A stretch of 64,000 nt of DNA, from contig CAXHJY010001167.1 in the NCBI GenBank assembly GCA_964016885.1, forward strand, positions 1-64,000. Direction: 5' to 3'. Position 1 is the stretch's first letter, and every line of letters starts with the position of its first letter. Shown piece after piece: positions 43,345-54,147 of the stretch. Source of the DNA: Eledone cirrhosa (lineage: Eukaryota). Position numbers and translations under genes: made by a program. The notes under the pieces were generated by a model, which worked only from the letters and a program-made list of their open reading frames with translations, ran no database searches and was not told the DNA's origin.

Positions 43345-44790
43345 AGTGAAAAATGGAACGGGAACAAAACAGAGAGGCAGTACGAACAAGGTTTATTAGT
43401 TTCACGCTCTTGAGAGGGGGGGCGTTTCGGGCATAAGCCCTTCTTCAGGCGAAAAGTGTGTGAGAAGAGAGTTCCGAGGGTGTGTAGGGGAGTGGTGGAC
43501 AGACAATTAGAAAGGGGGGGACGGTGGAAGGGGTACAAATAAAAATAAATATAAAAAAAATAAAAATAAAAATAAACATGAAGATAAACAAGTGGTGGAA
43601 GGGTGTGGGGCGTGTAGGGGTTGTGGCGGGTGGAGTGGGGAGAGGGAGGCGGGGTGTCCGAGCGGGGAGGGCTGAAGGTGGTGTATGTGTGTAGGTGTAC
43701 GTGTGTGTGTGTGTGTGTGTATGTGAATGTGAGAGTTGGGGGAAGAACGAGGTTCCATGTTCAGGAAAAGGTGTGCGTGTGGCGTGGGGTGTAGGTCGGT
43801 GTGTGTGTGCGCGTGTGGATAGGGAGGGGTCAGAGGGGTGGGGGAGGGGGAGAGGATTCCGGAGGCTGAGTGTGTATATATGTGGGGGTACGCACATTTA
43901 TACGTATTGTGGAGTATGTGGCGTGGTTGGAAAAAAAATGTTTGTGAGTGTATGTCCGTGGGTAAGTTCCTAAGGTAGTTCCGTAGAGGGTGTGGTGAGT
44001 TGCCGGATATTTTCCTTGTGATGGAGTTGATGGTGGGAACGATGGCCGATGTGTGTAATCCGTAGTTGTGTTGGTCGGAAGAGGGGAGTGTGGGGTTCGC
44101 GCACAACAGGAAGTAGTCAGAGTGTCAAGGCAGAAGGAGGGTAGAGGAGAATGACAGGTGGAGAGGGCTGTGTGTCTGTGTGTGCGGAGAAGTGGTCAGA
44201 GGGTCAAGGCATAGCAGCAGTAGAGGAGAATGGCAGGTGGAGAAAGTCGGTGTCAGTGTGTGCGGAGGTGCGGTGGACAGGGGGAGAGGATGGTTAGGTG
44301 TGAAAGATGGAGTGGGGAGGGGGTCGTGCGGGGGGAGGGTGTGTGTATTTGTAGAGGTGTTAGTGGGATGTCTGTGTGTGTGAGAACGGGTGTGGGTGGA
44401 GCGAGAAGAGGGAGAGAAAAGTGTGGGGGACGGTGGAGGGAGTGTAGTGTACTGGTGTGTGTGTGCGTGTTTGGATGAGTGTGTGTGGTGAAGGGGGTGT
44501 TAGTGGGTGTTAGTATACTGGTGGTAGGGTGTGTAGAGTGGGTGGTGTAAGTGGGTGTGGGTGGGTGTGTGTGTTCGTGTGCGTGGGGTTGGTGGGATGT
44601 TACTGGTATTAGTTGTGGGGTGGTGGGAGTGGATGTGTGTGTGAGGGTCAGTGGTGGTAGTAGAGTGTGTGGATAGTGTGAGTGCGTGTATATATGTACC
44701 GGTGGGCGTGTGCGTGATAGGGGGAGGGGGCAGGGGGGAAGGGGGAAATATGTTAGTATTGTTAGTTGGGGGAGGGTTGTCGGGGTGGAT
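43345..44790 (-). mobile_element. CA-rich hammerhead-bearing Penelope-like non-autonomous element, long copy (cleavage triplet mutated, 43421-43448)
   Basis: 43345-43870 is homologous to 45593-46106; CTGAAGAAGGGCTTATGCCCGAAACGCC on the minus strand; TA tracts at both ends. Confidence 0.7.
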
Positions 44791-44944
44791 ATATATATAA
44801 TATAGAAATGGCTTCTATAGGACTAGAACTGTTTCATTTGGGAGAAATGAATATATATATATATACTATATATAGAGTTATAAACTCAAACAGTCTTTTA
44901 CAATTAATTAGCTCAAAGAAAGAAGTATTTCTGAGCCGTGAAAT

Positions 44945-45578
44945 ACAAGTTAATATAAATTAATATATGATAAACACTAATATAATCATACAAGTGTTTG
45001 TATTACAAATGACCAAGTTAGCTAGATTGAAAAATACTAATTAGATTAATACAGTTTGCCTGTCTCGATTTAAAATAATAAATCAATAAAAACAAACCCA
45101 TATTGGCAATAGCCGTGATACCTGGACAAATTTAAATTTCAAAACCCAAATAAGTTTCTCAACGATAATTGAAGAAGTGAAAAATTCCATTTCCTGTGGT
45201 CATCAGCAGGTATCCAGAAAAATTGGTATGTTTCACCTCGAAATACTTAGGAGGACTAGTAGTCAAGTGTTAACGCACATGGTTTTTCAGCTCCTAGCTA
45301 TCCCAGCTATCCTTCAATTATCGTTGAGAAACTTATTTGGGTTTTGAAATTTAAATTTGTCTACGGAACAGGTTTGGGTTTTGAAATTTAAATTTGTCCA
45401 GGTATCACGGCTATTGCCAATATGGGTTTGTTTTTATTGATTTATTATTTTAAATCGAGACAGGCAAACTGTATTAATCTAATTAGTATTTTTCAATCTA
45501 GCTAACTTGGTCATTTGCAATACAAACACTTGTATGATTATATTAGTGTTTATCATATATTAATTTATATTAACTTGT
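44945..45578. repeat. Near-perfect inverted repeat, ~230-bp arms, ~140-bp spacer
   Basis: 44945-45174 is the reverse complement of 45312-45578; the right arm has a ~26-bp internal duplication. Confidence 0.93.
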
Positions 45579-45592
45579 TTATATATATATAT

Positions 45593-46103
45593 AGTAAAAA
45601 ATTGAACGGGAACAAAACAGAGAGGCAGTACGAACAAAGGTTTATTAGTTTCACGCTCTTGAGAGTGGGGTGGTGGTGGGGAACGACGTTTCGGGCATAA
45701 GCCCTTCTTCAGGTGAAAAGTGTGTGGGAAGAGAGTTCCAAGGATGTGTAGGGGAGTGGTGGAGAGACATATAGAAAAAAGGGGTGAGAGGAAACGGTAC
45801 AAATGAGATTAAATATAAAAGCATAATAAAAATAAAAATAAACATGAAGTAAAACAAGTGGGGGAAGGGTGTGGGGCGTGTAGGAGTGGTGGCGGGTGGA
45901 GTGGGGAGAGGGAGGCGGGGTGTCCGAGCGGGGAGGGCTGAAGGTGGTGTGTGTGTAGGTGTACGTGTGTGTGTGTATGTGAAAGTAAGAGTTGGGGGAA
46001 GAACGGGGTTGCATGTTCAGGAAAAGGTGTGTGTGGGGTGAGGTGTAGGTCGGTGTGTGTGTGCGTGTGTGGATGGGGAGGGGGGGGGGGGGATTCCGGA
46101 GGC

Positions 46104-46106
<3 letters not shown>
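45593..46106 (-). mobile_element. Short copy of the same hammerhead-bearing element, flanked by (TA)n
   Basis: Homology to 43345-43870. Confidence 0.72.
45683..45714 (-). ncRNA. Minimal type I hammerhead ribozyme
   Basis: Minus strand reads AC-CTGAAGA-A-GGGC TTAT GCCC-GAAAC GTC^-GT; palindromic ACGT stem III; stem I very short. Confidence 0.75.
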
Positions 46107-46141
<35 letters not shown>

Positions 46142-48607
46142 TGTGTGTGTGTGTGTATGTATGCATATATATATTATATATAACATCGTGAATGAGGCAT
46201 AATAGCTATTTAAAACACACATATATATTGTGTGTGGGAGAGAGAGTATGAGAGAGAGAGAGAGATAGAGAGAGAGAAAGAGAGAGAGAGAGAGGTGGAA
46301 GAAGCTAGAAAGTTATCTCATTTTGTTTTTAAACAGCCTTATCGTGATTAAACTTCGAAAGTTTATAAAATGAAACTATTTACCGAAACATGAAACTTTC
46401 TAATTCTAAATGTACGGTGCTGAGTTGAATAGTTATTTTTTTTTGTTCATTTTATTTTCGACATTTGAATTTCTGTATTTATTTATATTTTGTTTTGCTT
46501 AAACACACTAACACAATGACGTCATTTTACTTAATATTTATATGTCGTTGTTATCTTTTAAACTGACTGTTTGATGTTTCGTTTTTCGCTGTTTGGAATT
46601 TGGAGGTTTGTGCTTGTTAACAGGCGGTATTGTTGATGTTGGGGCTGCTATTTTTGAGGTGTCTGTGTTCTTTTTGAGGGAGGAATGTATGTCATTCAGG
46701 ACAGCTCGTTAGTAATGAATTAACAGTTGTTGGACCTCCATCGACTCTGACGATGAGTGATCCAGTTGTTTGATCAACGGAACAACTTGCCGTACGGTAT
46801 TGAGCATAAGGTTCTAACCATAAAGTCACGCACCTTCACTGGTTTACAGTAATGCCAAGCACGCTGGCTTAAACTAATAAGTAAGCAGTTTGTTTCACAA
46901 TATAGAGGTACCAAGTTCTATGTCCATGCTTGGCTTTTTGGGCAAGTTTCTTTTCCCAAAGACTCGAGTTAATCGAAACATTGTAACTCGAATTATGAAG
47001 TGAGAAACAGTGCGGAAGGCCGTCAGATGGATTGTACCTGTAATTCAAATGGATAGCAGATAGATCTCTTCAAGGAGACATTACTTTCAAAGAAAAATAT
47101 TGCTCTATCAGTAGAGAAATTTCAGTACCCATGACATATGTAGTAGGTCCTCCAATAGTGGTCGGAGAAAGGGAGAAAATTATGCTTAGACCGGCGAATG
47201 CTTGCACAGAGGTGGACGCCATAAAAGGTAACCAACAGTTAATTCGTGGTGATAAACTAAGTGATGGGCCTTTTCGAAAGAAAGAAAGAAAAAAAAACAC
47301 CAGGGACAAGAGCATCAACAACTGTGCCATTTGTCGGTTCAAGAAGAGATAATTGGGGCTATTCGAGGTCAAATTTGTCTCTCATTGTTTCAAGTAAGAT
47401 TGATAAATAAGTACCAATTACGTATTGAGGTCAATTCTGCTACCTCTTTCTCTCTGTCTCTCCTGGGCCACATTACCCTACGGCCGGATGCCTTGTCTTT
47501 CAGTTATGTCGGGACCCTTCTAGAATTTCAATTATTCACTCCACTATAGCAAAAATTAATGATGGGCCTTTCATCTCCGCGAGGTTTCTTGGCTTCTGTC
47601 TAGTCAAACCTATGGCTTTAATTCTCACCTTTTCTCTTTCTCTTCGGAAAAAAATCGCCTGTACTCAGGCCCAGAGTTGGATGCTCTCCGCCAGATTTAA
47701 ATATCAAAGGCTCAAAACACGTCGGACAGGAGTTCAGGGCTTGAGGTTAAAAAGAAAAAAGAAGGAAGACTTAATCTGCTTTCCAAGCTCACACCATCAC
47801 CCTATCTGTTCTTTTAGCGGAGTTTACGCGGCTGCAAGTATTCGGGAGAGTCCCCAGTCTGAAGATAACCTCTTCCCATTCCTTCCACAAGTATCGGAAG
47901 CACTGAAAATAAGGGGTAGGTCATAGGCACTCCCTTCCCACATTGACTATATCAAAATATCAGTAATAACATCAATAACATATTCACACACAAGAAAGCT
48001 CTAAATACGATACTCGGATCTACAACAACAGTGATAAAAGCAAAGGAGCAGCTTTTATCTGTTACTAACAAAGTCTAAAGCTTAAGAGTAGACTAGATTG
48101 CGGTAAAAAAAAATTGTTGCCTGTTTAAAGGCATGTTTAAATGAATTAGGCGTTGGTTTCCATCCTGGCGTCTGCGAACCTCTTGAGGTTCGTATAGGTA
48201 ATAAAAGGGGTCAGTGAACTGAAATCAAAATTCCAAGCATTTGGGAAAACATAACATACACACACTATTCGGTATCAATTCATTGAATGTAAACAACGTT
48301 TCTCACTTCCTAATCTGAGAGAGAAATAATTGTAGTATGTTAGGGTAGATGGGTGTAACGTGGCAAAATTCATTAAAATAAAAGGGGTTCCTAGAAGTGA
48401 AAAGGAGCTGGGAACTACTGCACTTGGCGGAAGTGTGCTATATATGGGCCAACTACTTATATTTCATATGTGTCCTTTAAACAAAAATAACAGCAGCTAC
48501 GATAGCGACACCATCATCATCAATAATAATTCATTTAGAAATGTTTTAAGAATTTATTTTTCTTCCTTTTCTTGTAATTTGTTTTTCGGTCTGTTATTTA
48601 TATCAAG

Positions 48608-48772
48608 GACAATACATACAGAAACGCAGTCATCAAAGGTTATGGTTGGCACTTGTAAACTTTGATAAGAGCATCGCTAAACTGGAGGAGAATATCATTA
48701 GTTTAGCAGCAGACCTCGAGGAGTTAGGCATGAATAGATCTTATATTTTCATCGCTGGACACGGTGAAGCAG
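48608..48772 (+). CDS. Internal exon of a probable alpha/beta-hydrolase-fold protein (QYIQKRSHQRLWLALVNFDKSIAKLEENIISLAADLEELGMNRSYIFIAGHGEA-G)
   Basis: Long polypyrimidine tract + AG; CAG|gtaaga donor; 165 bp, phase 1-1, fully open; IFIAGH-x-x-x-G resembles a nucleophile elbow (FlAGHSlGG). Confidence 0.6.
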
Positions 48773-49329
48773 GTAAGACATCTATTATTAACTTTCTTTT
48801 CACACAATCTGCCTCAACAGGTTTTCGCTCGCTCCAATTTACTTCAGGCAACTTTACGAGTATCATATTGGAAGGAATTTTACAACTTTAAACTCCTACA
48901 CCACCAATGTTAAAGGTAGGCGGAGATTTGAAGTAAAGCTATATAATCCCGTCATTGTGAAGCATGACGAAGACCAACCTTCTCTAGTAGGCATTTACTA
49001 GCGTACGTCCACTCATGTTAACAGTGTCTCATGCACTTGGAGAAGTCATCAGAGCCCCAGCAAAAGGTCACGTTGATAATATCATACCTTGCTCTTCTCA
49101 GCCAAATGACAACTATTCATGACAGGAAGTTACTATCAGTTTCAATTTAGCCTTCATTTCAATACCACCCTCAGTAACATTTAAGGATATTGTGTAGATA
49201 GCGGTAAATCTTCAAAATGGAACTCCTAATTCATAAATTGAACTCTATAGTCTGAGCCCACGTTATATACAGACTGCATTACACACGCACACACACATAT
49301 ACACACACAGATACACACACACCTACATA

Positions 49330-49370
<41 letters not shown>

Positions 49371-49496
49371 CAACGAAGGCCGTATGGACTCCGTTTATTT
49401 TTGAGAATCGAAACCGAATCGGTAAAGGTAACCATAGTAAGTAAAGTTAATTTTTTTTAATTTATTTTGAAACTTTTTCTTATTTGCTAAACCTTG

Positions 49497-49556
<60 letters not shown>

Positions 49557-49564
<8 letters not shown>

Positions 49565-50505
49565 TGTAGTTCCTGTCTGTTTGTTTGTTTGTTTGTTCAC
49601 GAACTCCTCCTATGGTTTTGGAGATAGACCCCCCCATAACCATATATATTCTAAAACTACATTGCCCAGGGTACTTGGATAAGTATATTTCATTTTAATC
49701 AAAGTGTTCCCCGGGAACACAAACCCCCGCTGAAAATGTTTTCCCTTCGATTGATATGAAATTTAAACCATAGGTAAATGAGAAGATATGATGCCTATTC
49801 ATAAAAGTTTTGAATTGATATTTTGAAATAAAATTATTTACAAGATCAAAATAAGAATAAGATTTAATAATGTAATTTTGAGTTGATATATTACAAAAAA
49901 TAATGTTTTCCAATTTTTCATACATTACATTTTACATTAAGTAATATTGAAATGTATATATATATATACATACTACTGTACGTCTGTATACATATATGTA
50001 TGTACGTATACATACTTATATTTAGGTATCAGCCGTACTAAGAGTGAGAAATGAAATTTTGTTTCATTCTTTTCCATTTATCGTTTTCGGTGCGCCCGGC
50101 CGACTAACTCACTCGATATGCAAATTAGGCTGCTCAGCCGTTAATATGCATAAGGAAAGTATATACTTTCAAACTTCCAATCATCTGACAGAAAGGTATA
50201 CGATGCTGACGATAGCTAATAAGCTTGAAACTAGTACATCGTTCCTGTGTCACTGTTCAACAAAAAGGCGACGATGCTGGCCGAGCACTGTACGGCGTAA
50301 TTCGGGCTGTTTGTTTACAAACAAACCGAACATTATAATAAATGTTCGGTAAAGCCATACGTACATATATATATGTATGCATGTATGTATATATATACAT
50401 GTGTGTATATATATATACATACTACTGTGCGTCTGTACACATATACGTATACATACTTATATTTAGGTATCAGCCATACTAAGAGTGAGAAATGAAATTT
50501 TGTTT
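49557..50505 (+). mobile_element. Possible non-autonomous Helitron-like element with an internal ~100-bp direct repeat (49955-50068 / 50405-50508)
   Basis: Starts tatataaagttgtagttcctgtct(gttt)n, as in Helitron-like short repeats; the direct repeat is visible; 3' terminus not identified. Confidence 0.4.
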
Positions 50506-50904
50506 CATCCCTTTATATATATATATATATATAAAGGGGCTGTGGAAGCATTTCTGAATTGGGGTGGGTGGGGGCGAGGTAGGCAAATTTGGATAATTTT
50601 GTTGTAGAGATTAGTTCTTTGCACTCTATAATGGTCAGACAACTTTGATATGTGGTAAACATCACCTGTACATAAATTGTAACGTATATGCAAGTAAATG
50701 TGTGTTTTGCTAGTTTTGGGAGAAAATATAATTATTGGAGGTGTGTGTGTGGGGGGGGGTATTCCCCCCACCCCTACCCAGTTCCACCACCACTGTATAT
50801 ATATAATTTTAAAAAAATATGGTCTGTGCCCTTTCTTGAGGAGTTAATATATCGAAGTTCTTCGCATTTGGTAAGAAATTGGTATAATACCCAATTTTTT
50901 CATC

Positions 50905-50963
<59 letters not shown>

Positions 50964-51168
50964 GTATATATATACATATACATTCATTAAATATGGCTAT
51001 AGGTGAGCTTTGTTACTCTAAAGTTTCACGTGCGCACTCATAGGATCACCAGTCTTGTCTGGTGAGTACGCAGGTGAGACTCCAGAGTAACAAGGCTTAG
51101 CCATAATAAATAAATATTTAAACTCTACTTCGATAAGTTTTCATTCTTACGTCCGTCAATAATTCACG

Positions 51169-51503
51169 TACTCTCAGGTCTTGAATAATTATCCCCAATC
51201 CCGCTTATTAATTTGACATATACCCCCTCCCCCCTCCACGTTTTTATTCCACCCCCACCGTCCACACGCTTATATTAAATTTTGTTAATCTATCTCCGGC
51301 AAAATTTTATTATAAGTGATTCATATTGAAGTGGAAAATCTAATAATAATTTTATTTTATATTGAAAAAAACCTTATATATGACAAAAGAAGAACATTAC
51401 AAGAAATCCCATATTTACGAACATAGAGTATACAATTGTTGATTTCCCAAGACCCCCACCCGCATTATAGTCACATCCTCCTATTATTTGGGACCCGGGA
51501 GTA
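51169..51503. mobile_element. MITE, second copy
   Basis: TACTCTCAGGTCTTGAATAAT ... ATTATTTGGGACCCGGGAGTA terminal inverted repeat. Confidence 0.7.
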
Positions 51504-52109
51504 CCACCAAACTCTTCTTCTCTTTATGTCTATCACACAAAACTCTGTTTAATCCCCCCTCTCTATATCTACTAAAACTAAACTCTACCCCTCTCTATAT
51601 CTACCACGACACCACTTCTCTTATCCCACTCTTTACATCTAAAACTAATACACGCTCTAACTCTATATGAATATCTACACTTATCTCTCCCAATCCCCCT
51701 CTGTATATCAATCACCCCTAAAATCTCCCCCTTTCTATATCTGCCACACGGCACTCTCCCATTATCCCTCTCTGAATATCTACAACCAGAAATTCTCCCC
51801 CTCTCTATATCTACAACTTGGTACTCTCTTCCAATACCCTTCTATTTATCAATAAACATCATTCTCTCCCTCTCTCTATATCTAGCACACAACACACTCT
51901 CCCAATCCCCCCTCTCTCTCTACCATACAACAATCCCTCTCATTCTCTCTCGCTCTATCCATCACTACAAAACTCTCCCCCTCTCTACATCAACCATACA
52001 ACACTCTCTCCCAATGCTCCTCTCTATATCAATTAACATCAAACTCTCCCCCTCTCTATATCTACTACACAGAACTCTCTCCCAACTCCCGCTCTATATC
52101 AACTACCAC
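51504..52109. repeat. Degenerate CT-rich minisatellite (aactctccccctctctatatc-like), left half
   Basis: The same repeat continues at 57808-58420 after the LINE. Confidence 0.85.
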
Positions 52110-52309
52110 TTGATATAGACGTGAATTACTTCGCTCCGGACTTTTACGGATTATTGTCAAAAACTGTGAGTTCATTGCTCAATTTAATAGCATTGTTTAG
52201 TTTAACCCCATGCCTGGACCTTCAGACGTTGAGTCAACTAATTTTCGCCCCTTTCTGGGGCGAAATTTTCATTTTCATCTCAAAAACTGTGTAGACTTGG
52301 TAGTCAGCA

Positions 52310-54106
52310 ATGGATGCCATTTCAACCTCGCACACTGTCGTGAGTGCCACGTCCACTAAGAAAAGTGGTGGAGGGAAGGTAGGAGTACAAAGCTTGCAGC
52401 CTTCCCCCATCGCATTATCGAAAAACGTTGAAAATATTTAAACCAGGAAACCAGATCCGGTAAATAATACCAGCACCAACAAGAACAATGACAATAAGAC
52501 CACAACCAACAACTGCAACAATAGCAACACCAAGGAAAACATGAACAATATTACCAACAGTGACAACAACAACAGCAACAAAAAAGACAACAACACCAAA
52601 ACAACGTTCGCACAGACTGTAAAAAAAAACGAACTATACACGCCAATTGACATAACAAATGCTAAACAACTACTACAAGACGCAAAACAATTGGTGACTT
52701 TTGGCGAAAACGGTGCTTTTAGCATCAATTCTCCACAGGAATTACGTAGAGAGGCTGTCCTGAAAACTGTGGTTTTCAGGACAATATCGAACGAAACAAG
52801 AAAACCAGCTCAATTATCACAAAATGAGATTGAGTTGGTTCTAAAAGATGCAATGAAGGACATAACCTTCATACAAAAATGAAAACTGTTTGGTAGCATT
52901 TCGATGCTAATGAACAAGCAGTCAACAGCACAAAAATACTCGGTATCACCCATTGTGTCCCCCCGCTTCACCTTTTTCCCCACATAGAGGGGAAAAAGGA
53001 CACAAAGAATAAAATAATGAGTATCACACCAAATATGAATATTTGGTGGATACTATGTGGAATCATTGACTTTGATGAAGACAGGATAATTTCAATAGGA
53101 AAGTCCTCCGGAGGTGTATTTGGTGGGACCAGCGTAGAAGTTCTGGTGCAAATGAGCCCAGAACGAATAGCGAATAGTCCACAACGCGTGCCTCTGGACG
53201 GGCTAACTTATATAAACATTTCAGTGGGGGCAAGGCGGCCGTCATGTTACCACTGCTTAAGCAGGGGTCACCTGAGGGCTGCCTGTCCTCAATTAACGAG
53301 TAAAAAAAAAAGGCTCTTCTGCCAACCCCGAACACAACAACACCACCACCACCACCACCACCACAACAACAACAACAACAACAACCACAACAACACGGAA
53401 AAATAACAACACAAAACACTGTTCCACCCAACCCCTCCCCACCTAAAACAAATACAAAAGCAACCACAACAAAACCCCTAAATATACCCCTCCCCAACAA
53501 CACGTATCAACGTCACCCAGTGACGACGAGGAAGAACCCTTTCAACAGGTGAAAAGGAAAAAAAAGGCACCACATTAACAAAAATGCTACAAACACACAA
53601 CCACCAGCCCAAACAGAACAAACATCACAAACAAATAAACCCACCTCTCCCAAAACATTACACATACTACAAAACGCAAACACGCACAAGAACAACAAAC
53701 AAAAACAAACACAACACAACAAAAACTCTATACATACATTAACAAGAACAATAAAACGTTGATGAAAGCAATAGAAAATAACCCTTCGGTGGAAACCGAA
53801 GAGATCACTTTCACCTACGCAGCGAACAAACCGCACCTAATGATGATTAGGGTCCCAACGGAAACCTATGTAACTTTGAAAAACAACCATCCAATGCATG
53901 GGGAGACCAACTGGACCAAACCACTTAACCACGTCCTATTGAGATGTTTCCCCACCCCTACACCAGACACCCACACCCCACCAAACACCCTAATCCCACC
54001 ACACACTGATGTCCTCACCCCACCACAGACCACCACCCCACCAAACAACCCTTCCAACACCCCCATGGAAATTGTGCAGCCTGGTCCCCAGGAGACGAAG
54101 AGGTAA
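52310..54106 (+). pseudogene. Tx1-like ORF1 (gag-like; zinc knuckle CYHCLSRGHLRAAC), broken by stops and frameshifts
   Basis: ORF pieces 52541-52882, 53017-53406 and 53759-54106; an upstream in-frame ATG at 52310 is followed by a stop near 52439. Confidence 0.75.
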
Positions 54107-54147
54107 GTAATTTCCTTTCCTCTTCCTTTTAACTCTTCAGCACCAAC

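Noticed and set aside
45180-45210. CTGATGA...GAAA on the minus strand in the spacer of the 44945-45578 inverted repeat
   Set aside because: No credible stem I, stem III or cleavage triplet.
48646-48891. Apparent P-loop GHGEAGKT in the 81-aa ORF
   Set aside because: The KT codons lie within a consensus splice donor (CAG|GTAAGA), so the motif is probably intron read-through; no other NTPase motifs follow.
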